Positions 47,001 through 56,125 of a stretch of DNA of 64,000 bases are shown piece by piece. Positions within the stretch are counted from its first letter, which is position 1. Every line of letters starts with the position of its first letter. The notes beneath the pieces were generated by a model. It saw only the letters and a list, made by a program, of their open reading frames with translations, searched no databases and had not been told where the DNA came from. The stretch lies in NCBI GenBank assembly GCA_039586895.1, contig JBDHJM010000002.1, positions 4,473 through 68,472 of the forward strand, written 5' to 3'. This stretch comes from Gemmatimonadota bacterium. GTDB lineage: Bacteria > Gemmatimonadota > Gemmatimonadetes > Gemmatimonadales > GWC2-71-9. A program made the position numbers and the translations under genes.

Positions 47001-47275
47001 AGGCCGACCGCCTGCTGGTGGTTTCGGAGCTCCGCGCGCTCGGCGCCCGACTCGGACTGCAGTCCGTCCTGGTGCGGGGCGACGACGCGCGGCTCAAGTT
47101 TCGGACGGATGCGGCACCGAAGCTGTTGCGCTTGAATGCGGCGTTGGAGGAAGTGCAGTTCGCCGCCGACGTGCGGCAGGCGGTACCGCTTGCAATGAGA
47201 CTACGTCGTCTCGGTGGAATGGCGATGGGCCCCGGACTGGTCAGGGCTCTCGCGACCGCCGCGGGCGAGGAGTGA
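43997..47275 (+). CDS. mfd: Transcription-repair coupling factor
   Basis: GTGA overlap with the upstream gene. Motifs: GDFVVH..HGIG.Y (CarD/RID region), GDVGYGKTEVA, LVVDEEHRFGV, LTLTATPIPRT, QLRGRVGR. TRCF C-terminal domain. Confidence 0.97.
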   Translation: MKLPRLLDAFAGLAPWRALRDGLPARGQRVGVGGLPGSSGSVLVAALARSHPQRVLLVVAPNPPAAERWLADLEVLLGEAVRLYPQREALGEEEPHFEIAGERVETCAAVLGGRARVVVTTLPATAELTRMPQAVRRHRVEWRRGETVAPGAVVGRLEAMGYERRPSVQDVAQFAVRGGIIDVYGYGMALPTRLEWWGDELSSIRTFDLDSQRSSNEVDSVTVLPVAAGAVTQVPDEAETATRQSLLDLLPADTLVVLDSEADEAEVRRVWVDAAHHIEVARRRGEDVPGRDAVFQSPGDWAARWAAFARLELERGTVDHDFRLQPPPAIERRIGRLGEVVRAGPTLILCDNEGQLERLEELLGGDQPGVTALPPTVTLALGSLGGGFQMRDLTVLTDHEIFRRARRVRRARRYRQALAITTALKPGDFVVHLEHGIGLYRGIETITVGEGATIEVAILEYEGGDRLNVPLYRLDQLEPYRSVADGEDRAVPRLHRLGGKRWQRLRSKTEAAIHQMAAELLELYARRSVAGGYEFPSDTRWQRELESAFLYEDTPDQRTATEETKLDMERPRPMDRLIVGDVGYGKTEVAVRAAFKAVQADKQVAVLVPTTILAEQHGRTFVERMADFPVNVEVLSRFRTAAEQRQVTERLGSGAVDVVVGTHRLLSKDVTFHDLGLLVVDEEHRFGVRHKERLKALRLEVDVLTLTATPIPRTLHQALAGLRDLTMITTPPRDRSPVLTFIEPWDDELLQEAMSRELDRGGQVFFVHNRIETIAAIAQRVERLLPRARVGVAHGKMRESDLDLVMRRFVAAEVDVLVSTMIVETGLDVPNANTMIVHNAHQFGLAQLYQLRGRVGRGHRRAYCYLLVPDAVDDEAEQRLKVLEHHTELGSGYRIALRDLELRGAGNLLGAEQSGHAHAVGVDLYLRWLGDTVRALQADGTQEQRQPPEVTLDGPAHFPDVYVSDEDAKLDLYRRLARAEELGEIAALREELRDRFGPLPPEADRLLVVSELRALGARLGLQSVLVRGDDARLKFRTDAAPKLLRLNAALEEVQFAADVRQAVPLAMRLRRLGGMAMGPGLVRALATAAGEE

Positions 47276-47279
47276 CGAG

Positions 47280-48710
47280 ATGAAGCACACGAGAACGTTG
47301 TTTATGGCGGGTCTCGCGGCCCTGGTTGTGGGGTCGCTGGCGGCCTGCGGCGAGTCCGGGAGGACCGACGTCGCGGCCGTCGCCGACCATAACGAACTGG
47401 AGACGCCCGAGCTCGCGGCCTGGATGGCGGCCGTGGAGCGGCTTCAGATCCGGCGGGAAGTGGCCGAGCAGGCCGCGCACCGCTGGGTGGAGTTCACCCT
47501 GTTTGCCGACCGGGTGGCGGCGGGCGACTCGATGCTCGATCGCGAGACCGTGCTGTTCGCGATGTGGCCCAACGTGTACCAGGATCTGGTCGACATCTAT
47601 CACGGCGACCTGATCGACGAGCAGCTCGCCGGACTGGACTCTGCGGCGGTCGACAGCGCGTACGCCGCGGGGGAGCAGCGGCTGATCGACCACATACTGG
47701 TGCGCACCACGCCGACAATGGCGCCGCCGGAGAAGGCGGCGGCACGGCAGACTGCGGAGACGCTCCGCGAGGGGCTCGCGCAGGGCGGATCTTGGGCCGA
47801 GGCCAACGAGCAGAACGACGATCCCGGAGCCCGCGAGCGAGGCGGGAGCCTGGGCGTGATCACGCGCGGCGAGACGGTGGGGGCGTTCGAGGAAGCGGCC
47901 TTCGGGCTGGAGCCGGGCGAACTCTCCGGCGTGGTCGAAACCTCGTTCGGGTTCCACATCATCCGGCGGCCCCCTCTCGGAGAGGTATACGACCGGTACC
48001 GCATCGCCATCGAGGACCAGATCATCGCGGCCATGGACACAGTGCTGCTCGACGACGTCGTGCAGCGCTGGCGCTTGGACGTGCGGGGCAACGCGCCCGC
48101 AGTGCTGCGTGAGGCTGCCGAAGCGCCGTTTCGATCGCTCGGGTCCGATCGGGTGGTCGGTACCTATCGGGACGGGCGCTTCACGGTGGCGGATTTCGTG
48201 CGCTGGATGTCGGCGCTGCCGCCCCAGATGTACTCGCAGATCGGCGTCGCCAGCGACGAGCAGCTGACGGAGCTCACGCGATCGCTGATGCGCAACGAGG
48301 TGCTCGTGCTGGAGGCGCGACAGGCGGGAGCGGAGATCAGCGACGAGACCGTGGAGGACTACCGCCAGCAGCTGGGCAGCGAGATTCAGAACGTACGCAA
48401 CGCTCTGGGGCTGGATTCGGCGCTTGCCGAGGCTTCCTCCGACGCCGAAAGGGAACAGGCGAGCCGGGATGCGGTGACGGGCTACATGCTCTCGATCTTG
48501 GGGAGCCGGCAGCCCACCGTCGTAGTGGTGCCCGCGTTCCTCGCGCAGCTGCTGCGCCAGGAGGCGGACTGGGAGGTGTATTCAGCGGGTCTTGACGCGG
48601 TGGTGGAGCAGGCTCGCCGCATAAGGATGGAGCGCCGCCTCCCGCCCACCGATGCGACGGCCCCGGGTGCTCCTGACATGCCCGACACCGCAGGTGGAGA
48701 TGCGCAGTAG
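47280..48710 (+). CDS. PpiC-type peptidyl-prolyl isomerase lipoprotein (SurA/PrsA-like paralog)
   Basis: Lipobox LVVGSLAAC. Parvulin core GGSLGVITRGETVGAFEEAAFGLEPGELSGVVETSFGFHIIRR. Confidence 0.8.
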   Translation: MKHTRTLFMAGLAALVVGSLAACGESGRTDVAAVADHNELETPELAAWMAAVERLQIRREVAEQAAHRWVEFTLFADRVAAGDSMLDRETVLFAMWPNVYQDLVDIYHGDLIDEQLAGLDSAAVDSAYAAGEQRLIDHILVRTTPTMAPPEKAAARQTAETLREGLAQGGSWAEANEQNDDPGARERGGSLGVITRGETVGAFEEAAFGLEPGELSGVVETSFGFHIIRRPPLGEVYDRYRIAIEDQIIAAMDTVLLDDVVQRWRLDVRGNAPAVLREAAEAPFRSLGSDRVVGTYRDGRFTVADFVRWMSALPPQMYSQIGVASDEQLTELTRSLMRNEVLVLEARQAGAEISDETVEDYRQQLGSEIQNVRNALGLDSALAEASSDAEREQASRDAVTGYMLSILGSRQPTVVVVPAFLAQLLRQEADWEVYSAGLDAVVEQARRIRMERRLPPTDATAPGAPDMPDTAGGDAQ

Positions 48711-50031
48711 GCACCTGCTTGCCGCTGTGCTCGCCGTGGCGAGCACCGTGCCGGCGCCCCTGCTGGCGCAGGGCACGGACACCACGTTCGCGCTCGTCGA
48801 CCGGATCGCGGCGGTGGTCGGTAACAGCGTGATTCCCTACTCCCGCGTGGAGGAGGAGCTCAACGTGTTCCGGCAGCAGGGCGGGCAGGTACCGGAAGAT
48901 CCGGCCGGCCAGCGGCAGCTGCAGCTGGATATCCTGCAGCAGCTGATCGACCAGGAGCTGCTGCTCCAGGCCGCTGCCGGGGATACCAACGTGGTGGTGA
49001 GCGAGCAGGAGGTGCAGCAGGAGGTCGACCGCGTCGTGCGGCAGGTGCGCGCGCAGTTCGGCTCGGAGTTCGAGTTCACACAGCAGCTGCAGCTGGCCGG
49101 CTTCGGCTCGGCCGACGAGTACCGCCGCTGGCTCAGCGAGCAGACAAGGCGTGACATGACGCGGCGCGGCTACCTGGATCAGCTGCGGCAGCAGGGCGAA
49201 CTGGTGCCGCTGCCTCCCACCGAAGCCGAGCTGCGCGAGTTCTACGAGGCTACTAGAGACCAGCAGCCGCGCCGGCCGGCGACCGTCTCGTTCCGGCAGG
49301 TCGTGGTGCGCTCCGAGGCGGACAGCGCGGAGACCGAGGCCGCGAGGCTGACCGCAGACTCTCTCGTCTACCTGCTGCGGGAAGAGGACGTGGATTTCGG
49401 TTCCCTGGCACGGGCACACTCCGATGATCCGGGCTCCGCAGAGCAGGGTGGTGAGCTGGGGTGGGTGCGCCGGGGCCGCCTGGTGCCCGAGTTCGAGCGG
49501 GTCGCCTTCACGATCGAGGTGGGGAAGATCTCGGATCCGGTGAAGACCGTGTTCGGGTTCCACGTCATCCAGGTCGCGAGGCGCCAGCCTTCCGAAGTGA
49601 TGGTGCGCCACATCCTGATCGCGCCGGAGGTTACCGAGGCCGATCGCGACCGAGCCTTCGAGACGGCACAGGAGGTGGGAGCCGCCCTGCGGGCGGGAGC
49701 CTCGATCGACTCGCTCGTCCGCCTGTATCACGACCGGGCCGGCCAGGAGCAGTCCCTCGTTGAGGACTTTCCCCAGGGCGAGCTGCCGGACGAGTACCAG
49801 AGCCGCCTGAACTTCGCTCAGCCGGGCGACGTGCTCGGACCGATCACGTTGGAACGGGGCGACAACCGTCCCAAGTTCGCGGTGATGATCCTCGACGAGA
49901 AGCGGGCGGAGGGTCAGTTCAGCTTCGAAGACCTGCGCGACCAGATGCGGATACGCCTGAGCGAGCAGAATGCCATGGAGCGGTTGCTCCGAACCCTGAG
50001 GGAATCGACTTACGTCGAGATCCGACTGTAG
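48700..50031 (+). CDS. surA: Periplasmic chaperone / PPIase SurA
   Basis: The ATG at 48700 gives signal peptide MRSRHLLAAVLAVASTVPAPLLAQ. SurA_N-like start VDRIAAVVGNSVI. Parvulin core GGELGWVRRGRLVPEFERVAF....ISDPVKTVFGFHVIQV. Followed by pdxA, as in the enterobacterial surA-pdxA arrangement. Confidence 0.85.
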   Translation: MRSRHLLAAVLAVASTVPAPLLAQGTDTTFALVDRIAAVVGNSVIPYSRVEEELNVFRQQGGQVPEDPAGQRQLQLDILQQLIDQELLLQAAAGDTNVVVSEQEVQQEVDRVVRQVRAQFGSEFEFTQQLQLAGFGSADEYRRWLSEQTRRDMTRRGYLDQLRQQGELVPLPPTEAELREFYEATRDQQPRRPATVSFRQVVVRSEADSAETEAARLTADSLVYLLREEDVDFGSLARAHSDDPGSAEQGGELGWVRRGRLVPEFERVAFTIEVGKISDPVKTVFGFHVIQVARRQPSEVMVRHILIAPEVTEADRDRAFETAQEVGAALRAGASIDSLVRLYHDRAGQEQSLVEDFPQGELPDEYQSRLNFAQPGDVLGPITLERGDNRPKFAVMILDEKRAEGQFSFEDLRDQMRIRLSEQNAMERLLRTLRESTYVEIRL

Positions 50032-50037
50032 CAGGAC

Positions 50038-50943
50038 ATGCGGCCCCGCGTCGCAATAACCCTGGGGGATCCCCGGGGCATAGGGCCGGAAGTGGTCGAG
50101 CGGGCTCTGGCCGACCCCCCCAAAGACGCGCGCTACATCGCCATCGGGGCCGAGGAGCAGATCGGGTCCCTGCCGTGCGATAAGATCTCCGTTGGGTCCC
50201 TTGGCGCAGATAGCACGTCACTCACACCCGAAGCCGGCGGGCGCATCGCCGGCCTTTCCATTCTCAAGGCTGCTGAGCTCGCCCTCGCGGGTGAAGTGGA
50301 CGCCATCGTGACCGGCCCCGCCGATAAAAGGGCGCTGCACACGGCCGGCTATCACTTTCGGGGCCACACCGAGTGGCTGGCCGAGCTAGCCGGTGGGGTG
50401 GACGTGGCCATGATGCTGGTCGCCGGCTCCCTGCGCGTCGTGCTCGTCACCACCCACATGCCGCTGCGCGAGGTGCCAGCGGCGGTGACCATCGAGCGTG
50501 TGCTCACCACGGGCAGCATTACGCGCTCGGCGCTGGAGTGCTGGTGGGGCATCGAAGACCCCCGGCTCGCCGTATGCGCACTCAACCCGCACGCCGGCGA
50601 GGGCGGCCTGTTCGGGGACGAGGACGAGCTCGTACTGGAGCCCGCGGCGCGCGAGCTGAACGCCTCGGGGCCGTTGCCTGCCGACACGGTGTTCGTGCGA
50701 GCGCTCAGGGGCGAGTTCGACGCGGTGCTCACGCCGTCGCACGACGTTGGGATGACCGCGGTGAAGGTGGCCGGGTTCGGGACGGGGGTGAACGTGACGC
50801 TGGGGCTGCCATTTGTGCGCACGGCGCCGGACCACGGTACTGCGCTCGACATCGCGGGTCAGGGAGTGGCGGATCCGGGCTCGATGCGCGAGGCGGTGGC
50901 TCTCGCGGTGCGGCTGGCGGGCGGTAGGGTGAGAGGTACCTAG
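50038..50943 (+). CDS. pdxA: 4-hydroxythreonine-4-phosphate dehydrogenase
   Basis: Motifs: ITLGDPRGIGPE, GHTEWLAE, LNPHAGEGG, HD.GMTA.K, GLPFVRTAPDHGTA.DIAG. Confidence 0.92.
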   Translation: MRPRVAITLGDPRGIGPEVVERALADPPKDARYIAIGAEEQIGSLPCDKISVGSLGADSTSLTPEAGGRIAGLSILKAAELALAGEVDAIVTGPADKRALHTAGYHFRGHTEWLAELAGGVDVAMMLVAGSLRVVLVTTHMPLREVPAAVTIERVLTTGSITRSALECWWGIEDPRLAVCALNPHAGEGGLFGDEDELVLEPAARELNASGPLPADTVFVRALRGEFDAVLTPSHDVGMTAVKVAGFGTGVNVTLGLPFVRTAPDHGTALDIAGQGVADPGSMREAVALAVRLAGGRVRGT

Positions 50944-52271
50944 CCCTCCCCTTCGGGAACGGGCTGCCGCACCATCTCCAGCTTCCCCACGCGGCGTCCG
51001 TCCATCTCGAGTACCTCGAAGCGCGCACCCTTCACGGAGACCTTGTCTCCGGCGCGGGGCAGGCGGCCCAGCTGGCCGAACACGTAGCCGCCCACGGTCT
51101 GGTAATCCTCGTCGCTGATCTCCAGGCTGTAGGCCTGGTTCACGTCCTCGATCTCCGTGTCGCCGGGCAGCGTGACCGTATCTCCCGCCTCCTGCGGCAC
51201 GGGCTCGGCTTCGTCGTACTCGTCGTAGATCTCTCCCACGATCTCCTCGAGCAGGTCCTCCATGGTGACGATGCCGTCGGTGCCGCCGTATTCATCCAGC
51301 ACGACGGCCATTTGCGTCTTGAGGCGCTTCATGTCGGCCAGCACGTCTTCCACTTCGCGCGTGCCGGGTACGAACATCGGCTCGCGCACGATGGCCGTGA
51401 CCGGCTCTCCGCCGCGCTTGGGCAGAGCGGCCAGGATCTGCTTCACATGAACGACTCCCACGATATCGTCCAGTGATTCGGTGTAGACCGGGTAGCGCGA
51501 ACGGCCCACCTGGCTGATGGTCTCTGCCGCCTCTGCGATCGTGAGGTTCGCGGGAAGGGCCACCACCTCGGTGCGCGGGGTCATCACGTCTTGGGTGTTC
51601 TTCTCGGTGAACTCGAACACCCCCTCTATCATCTCCACATCTTCCGAGTCGAAGTGCCCCGACTTCTGGCTCTGCCGCACGATCATCAGCACTTCATCGG
51701 GCGAGTGCACCGCCTCGAGCTCGTCTGCGGTGGCCTTGATGCCGACCAGGCGAAGCAGCAGGTTGGCGCTCCAGTTGAGCGCGTCAGTGAGAGGGCGTGT
51801 GATCCAGGAGAAGAACAGCATCGGCCGCGCGATCCAGCGCGCCGTGGGCTCGGGGAACGTTATGGCCCAGTTCTTGGGTGCCAGCTCGCCCACTACTACG
51901 TGCAGGAACGAAACCACGCTCACCGCAACGAACGATGCCACGGCGGCGCGCCCGAGGAACGACACCGCGGCAGGCAGCCGCTGTACCCAATCGTGGAACA
52001 GCACGGCGACGGAGTCTTCCGCCACGTAACCCAGGAGAATGGACGCCAGGGTGATGCCGAGCTGGCAGGCCGACAGCTGGCGCTGCAAGTCTTGCTGCGC
52101 CGCCTTGACCGCCTTAGCCTTCCGATCACCCTTGCGTATCAGGGCTTCGACGCGGGATCGCCGCGCGGCGACGAGGCTGAACTCGGACGCGACGAAGAAC
52201 CCGTTCGCCACCACCAGGAATACGACGGCGGCGAAGCGCCAGAGAAGGGATCCTAGGGAGATTTCTTCCAT
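50940..52271 (-). CDS. CNNM/TlyC-family membrane protein (DUF21, CBS pair, CorC_HlyC)
   Basis: N-terminal DUF21 with NGFFVASEFSLV, a CBS pair region, and C-terminal TVGGYVFGQLGRLPRAGD. Confidence 0.88.
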   Translation of the reverse strand: MEEISLGSLLWRFAAVVFLVVANGFFVASEFSLVAARRSRVEALIRKGDRKAKAVKAAQQDLQRQLSACQLGITLASILLGYVAEDSVAVLFHDWVQRLPAAVSFLGRAAVASFVAVSVVSFLHVVVGELAPKNWAITFPEPTARWIARPMLFFSWITRPLTDALNWSANLLLRLVGIKATADELEAVHSPDEVLMIVRQSQKSGHFDSEDVEMIEGVFEFTEKNTQDVMTPRTEVVALPANLTIAEAAETISQVGRSRYPVYTESLDDIVGVVHVKQILAALPKRGGEPVTAIVREPMFVPGTREVEDVLADMKRLKTQMAVVLDEYGGTDGIVTMEDLLEEIVGEIYDEYDEAEPVPQEAGDTVTLPGDTEIEDVNQAYSLEISDEDYQTVGGYVFGQLGRLPRAGDKVSVKGARFEVLEMDGRRVGKLEMVRQPVPEGEG

Positions 52272-52317
52272 GCGGCTGTATGTCTAAGGTAAATCGTCGG
52301 GTCCGGGGCGCCAATCG

Positions 52318-53292
52318 GTGATGAACCCACGGGACGCGGCGCTGCCGCCCACCGACCGCTCGCTCGAGTGTGCCCACCGCGTGCCGGAACGCAGGCACGG
52401 CCGGGCGCTCAAGGTCGTCCTGGTCATCACGGCCAGCTTCATGGTGGTCGAGTTCGTGGCGGGCTGGCTGGCGAACTCCCTCGCGCTGCTGGCGGACGCG
52501 GGCCACATGCTGACCGACGTGGCCGCCCTCGCGCTGGCGCTGTTCGCCGGGTGGATCGCCCAGCGGCCCGCCACTCCGGACAAGACCTTCGGCTACCTCA
52601 GGCTCGAGATCCTGGCCGCGCTCGTGAACGGTGCGGCCCTGTTCGTCGTGGCCGCGATGATCGTGTGGGACGCATTCGGGCGCCTGGCCGATCCCCCGGC
52701 CGTCGAGCCCCGCATCCTGTTCGTCGTGGCCACGGCCGGTCTGGTGGTGAACATCATCGGGGCCTGGTTGCTGCACGGCGGGCGGGGCGAGTCGCTCAAC
52801 ATTCGCGGGGCGTACCTCCACGTGCTGGGGGACCTGCTGGGCTCGGTGGGCGCCATGGCCGCCGGCGCGATCATCCTGCTCACGGGCTGGATGCTGGCCG
52901 ACCCCATCATCTCGGTGGGCATCGCCCTGCTGATTCTAATCGGTGCCTGGCGCCTGGTGCGCGAGAGCGTGGACGTGCTGCTCGAGGCCACGCCGCGCCA
53001 CATAGCGCTGGGCGAGGTGGAGCGGCTGATCACCGCGGTCCCCGGAGTGCGCGACGTGCACGACCTCCACGTCTGGACCCTCACCTCGGGGGTAGTGGCC
53101 ATGAGCGGCCACGCCATCGTAACGGACCCGGCCCTGGGACAGCGTGTGCTCGAGGAAGTGCAGGAGCGCATGGCGGACCTCGGAGTGCACCACGTGACGA
53201 TGCAGATCGAGCGCAGCCATCTCGAGCCCTGCGGCCCCGGGAACCGCACGGATTCGGGGGGGGTTGAGAGGGGCGAGGCCGTCACCGACTGA
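52318..53292 (+). CDS. Cation diffusion facilitator (CzcD/ZitB-like) metal efflux transporter
   Basis: Motifs: SLALLADAGHMLTD, FGY.RLEILAAL.N, HV.GDLLGS, VHDLHVWTLTSG. GTG at 52318 or ATG at 52321. Confidence 0.9.
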   Translation: MMNPRDAALPPTDRSLECAHRVPERRHGRALKVVLVITASFMVVEFVAGWLANSLALLADAGHMLTDVAALALALFAGWIAQRPATPDKTFGYLRLEILAALVNGAALFVVAAMIVWDAFGRLADPPAVEPRILFVVATAGLVVNIIGAWLLHGGRGESLNIRGAYLHVLGDLLGSVGAMAAGAIILLTGWMLADPIISVGIALLILIGAWRLVRESVDVLLEATPRHIALGEVERLITAVPGVRDVHDLHVWTLTSGVVAMSGHAIVTDPALGQRVLEEVQERMADLGVHHVTMQIERSHLEPCGPGNRTDSGGVERGEAVTD

Positions 53293-53353
53293 CGCCTTGC
53301 GCGGCGTCCCAGGCCCCGCTAAACTGCCGCCCGCCGAGACGCAGGGGACACGT

Positions 53354-55237
53354 TTGGAAATCCGTAACATCGCGATCATCGCGCACGTAGATCACGGCAA
53401 GACGACGCTCGTGGACCAAGTGCTGCGCCAGGCGGGCGTGTTCCGCTCGGGGCAGCAGGTGGCCGAGCGCGTGCTCGACTCCAACCCGCTGGAGCGGGAG
53501 CGCGGGATCACGATTCTGTCCAAGAACGCCTCCGTTCGCTGGCGCGACGTGAAGGTGAACCTGGTGGACACCCCCGGTCACGCCGACTTCGGGGGCGAGG
53601 TTGAGCGCATCCTGCGGATGGTGGACGGCGTGCTGCTGCTGGTCGACGCGGCCGAGGGGCCCATGCCTCAGACCCGGTTCGTGACCCGCAAGGCGCTCGC
53701 GCTGGGACTCCATCCCGTGGTCGTGATAAACAAGGTGGACCGGGCCGATGCCCGCCCCGCCGAGGTGCACGACGAGGTGCTGGAGTTGTTCCTCGAGCTG
53801 GAGGCCTCCAACGAGCAACTCGACGCGCCGTTCATCTATGCGTCGGCGCGCGGCGGAGTGGCCTCCACAGAGCTCACGGACGTGGCGCGGTTGGGCGCCG
53901 GCGACGCGGGCCATTTGGGCTTCGACCTGAAGCCCCTGTTCGAGGCCATCTTGAGCCACGTGCCGGCGCCCTCGGGCGACCGCGCGGGCCCGTTCCAGAT
54001 GCTGATCTCCACCCTGGACCACTCCTCTTACCTGGGGCGCCTCGGCATCGGCCGCATCGAGCGCGGCGCCGTGCGGGTGGGCGACGAGGTGCGCCTGCTC
54101 CCGCTGGGCGAGGCGGGACCCGTGCCGGAAGGTGAAGCGGAGCAGGCGCGGGTGGCCCAGCTCTACGGCTTCGAGGGTCTGGAGCGCGTGGAGCTGGAGA
54201 GCGCGGCGGCCGGCGACATCGTGGCGCTGGCCGGCGTGGCGGGCGTGGAGATCGGAACTACCGTCACCGCACCCGAGCGACCCGAGCGGCTGCGCGGGAT
54301 CGCCGTGGAGGAGCCCACCATCTCGGTGGACTTCATGGTGAACAACTCTCCGTTCTCCGGCAGGGCCGGGAAGTACGTCACCTCGCGCCAGGTGCGCGAG
54401 CGGCTGTACCGGGAGCTGGAGCGCAACGTCGCGCTGGGGGTGGAGGATACCGATCAGACCGATGCCTGGACCGTTTCTGGGCGCGGCGAGCTCCACCTGG
54501 CCATCCTGATGGAGACCATGCGGCGTGAAGGCTACGAGTTCCAGGTGAGCCGGCCCCGGGTCATCCCGCGGGAGGGCCCAGGGGGTGAGCGGCTGGAGCC
54601 CTACGAGGAGCTGGTGGTGGACGCCCCGGAGGACATCCTGGGCGCGGTGATGGAGACGCTGGGGCCCCGCCGGGGCGAGCTGGTGGACATGAAGAACCCG
54701 GGCCGCGGCCGGGTCCGCATGCAGTTCCGCGTGCCGGCCCGGGGCCTGTTCGGCTACCGCTCCGAGTTCCTCTCCGAGACCCGCGGAGAGGGAATCATGC
54801 ATCACCGCTTTCTCGAGTACGGACCCTGGGCCGGCCCGGTGGCGGGCCGCTCCCGCGGAGTCCTGGTGGCGGATCGGGAGGGTTTGGCTGTCGCGTACGC
54901 TTTGTGGAACCTGGCCGAGCGGTCGACCATGTTCGTCGAGCCGGGGGACGCGGTGTACGAGGGGATGGTGGTCGGGGAGCACGTCCGGGCCGGAGACCTT
55001 GACGTGAACGTGACGAAGGGTAAAAAACTAACGAACATGCGGACCACCGCGTCCGACGAGAACGTACAGCTGGAGCCGCCGCGGGAGATCACCCTCGAGC
55101 TGGCTCTGGAGTACATCGAGGACGACGAGCTGATCGAAGTCACGCCGGACGCCGTCCGGCTGCGGAAGCGCGACCTGGCCGCGATCGAACGCAAGAAAGC
55201 GGCGCGCCGGGCGCGTGCGGCAAACGAGTCACCCTGA
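53354..55237 (+). CDS. typA: Translational GTPase TypA/BipA
   Basis: TTG at 53354 with agggga 6-11 nt upstream gives [19 protein letters not shown]. The [14 protein letters not shown] and NKVDR motifs are present. BipA C-terminal domain. No ATG or GTG lies between the ATG at 53264 that opens the listed ORF and this TTG. Confidence 0.93.
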   Translation: MEIRNIAIIAHVDHGKTTLVDQVLRQAGVFRSGQQVAERVLDSNPLERERGITILSKNASVRWRDVKVNLVDTPGHADFGGEVERILRMVDGVLLLVDAAEGPMPQTRFVTRKALALGLHPVVVINKVDRADARPAEVHDEVLELFLELEASNEQLDAPFIYASARGGVASTELTDVARLGAGDAGHLGFDLKPLFEAILSHVPAPSGDRAGPFQMLISTLDHSSYLGRLGIGRIERGAVRVGDEVRLLPLGEAGPVPEGEAEQARVAQLYGFEGLERVELESAAAGDIVALAGVAGVEIGTTVTAPERPERLRGIAVEEPTISVDFMVNNSPFSGRAGKYVTSRQVRERLYRELERNVALGVEDTDQTDAWTVSGRGELHLAILMETMRREGYEFQVSRPRVIPREGPGGERLEPYEELVVDAPEDILGAVMETLGPRRGELVDMKNPGRGRVRMQFRVPARGLFGYRSEFLSETRGEGIMHHRFLEYGPWAGPVAGRSRGVLVADREGLAVAYALWNLAERSTMFVEPGDAVYEGMVVGEHVRAGDLDVNVTKGKKLTNMRTTASDENVQLEPPREITLELALEYIEDDELIEVTPDAVRLRKRDLAAIERKKAARRARAANESP

Positions 55238-55276
55238 TGTGACGGAACCCACGAGAAGGAGCTCAGGAGGCGAGCC

Positions 55277-55492
55277 ATGTTGCCCCGGGACCCCCTCGCG
55301 CGTCGAGTGCCGGCCGCCTATGGCGACGACGAGGACGAGGAAGAAGCCAGCTACGACGACTTCGAAGAGGACGACGAGTTCGACGACGACGACGATGACC
55401 TCGACGAGGAGTATGAGGAGTACGAGGAGGAGTTCGACGACGTCGAAGAGGAAAAGCACCACCCCCACCGCCGGCGCGAGGACTGGGAATAG
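55277..55492 (+). CDS. Hyper-acidic 71-aa protein of unknown function
   Basis: aggagg at 55265-55270 sits 6 nt before the ATG. 37 of 71 residues are D/E. The core (residues 17-59) is 33/43 D/E with regularly interspersed F/Y/L/V. The tail is basic/His-rich (KHHPHRRREDWE). Confidence 0.55.
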   Translation: MLPRDPLARRVPAAYGDDEDEEEASYDDFEEDDEFDDDDDDLDEEYEEYEEEFDDVEEEKHHPHRRREDWE

Positions 55493-55526
55493 CGGCTGCG
55501 ACCCTCTAGATTGTGAGGCCCCGCAG

Positions 55527-55600
<74 letters not shown>

Positions 55601-55630
55601 TAGGCGTAAGGTGAGAGCCCGTAGTCGGTT

Positions 55631-55648
55631 AACCCGGCTGCGGGTTTT
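55631..55648 (+). terminator. Weak hairpin plus T-tract downstream of tRNA-Ile
   Basis: aacccg-gctg-cgggtt followed by tt. The stem is only 6 bp. Confidence 0.3.
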
Positions 55649-55684
55649 GCGTTGGCGGCCTACCGAGCAGGCAGCACGTTTCAC

Positions 55685-56074
55685 TCAGCTCGCCGACCCT
55701 CGCACGGCGAAGTTCAGGGCGAGTGATGAAGTGACGCTTCCGAATCCCCCCGGGCGGGTCTGCAGCGCGCCGGCTTTGACGCGCACGAAGGAGCAGCGCT
55801 CGTCCGAGTGGTACTCTCGCGCGTAATGGACGAACGGCTCCGACGGATCGCATCCCACGACCGAGGCTGGGTCCGCCATTCTGCAGATGGCGTCGGTGAG
55901 TGCACCGGTGCCGCAGCCAACGTCCAGCCAGTGAACACCGGCTGGACCATTTGGTAGGCCTCGTCGCGCCCGCCGACTCGCGGTGGAAAGATTGCAACTT
56001 GTCTGCCCGAGAATGGTCAGTCTAGCGGGGTCCCGTTGTGGGGATTCGGTTGTGCTGATAGAATCACTTGCCAA
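55685..56074 (-). pseudogene. Truncated class I SAM-dependent methyltransferase (C-terminal part missing)
   Basis: Motif I WLDVGCGTG and post-I VVGCDPSE are present. The ORF stops after ..SSLALNF AVRGSAS at 129 aa, only 85 nt from the tRNA. By my estimate a complete enzyme of this class would continue for roughly another 70-100 aa. Confidence 0.5.
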
Positions 56075-56125
56075 CGCCGGTATCCCGAATAGATTGCTCG
56101 CACTTCCGGAACAGAGGTCGTTTCA

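Noticed and set aside
53282-54982. 566-aa ORF on the minus strand
   Set aside because: Antisense shadow of typA.
55229-55468. 79-aa minus-strand ORF (VVLFLFDVVELLLVLLILLVEV...)
   Set aside because: It is the mirror image of the acidic-protein ORF: GAC/GAG/GAA codons read in antisense give V/L/F. It has no SD. The plus-strand ORF has a consensus SD.
55629-55997. Alternative frames (55629-55997 and 55714-55950) over the methyltransferase fragment, considered as frameshifted continuation
   Set aside because: Neither frame continues the methyltransferase fold motifs, and both are Arg/Pro-rich. The simplest reading is a 3'-truncated gene rather than a frameshift.
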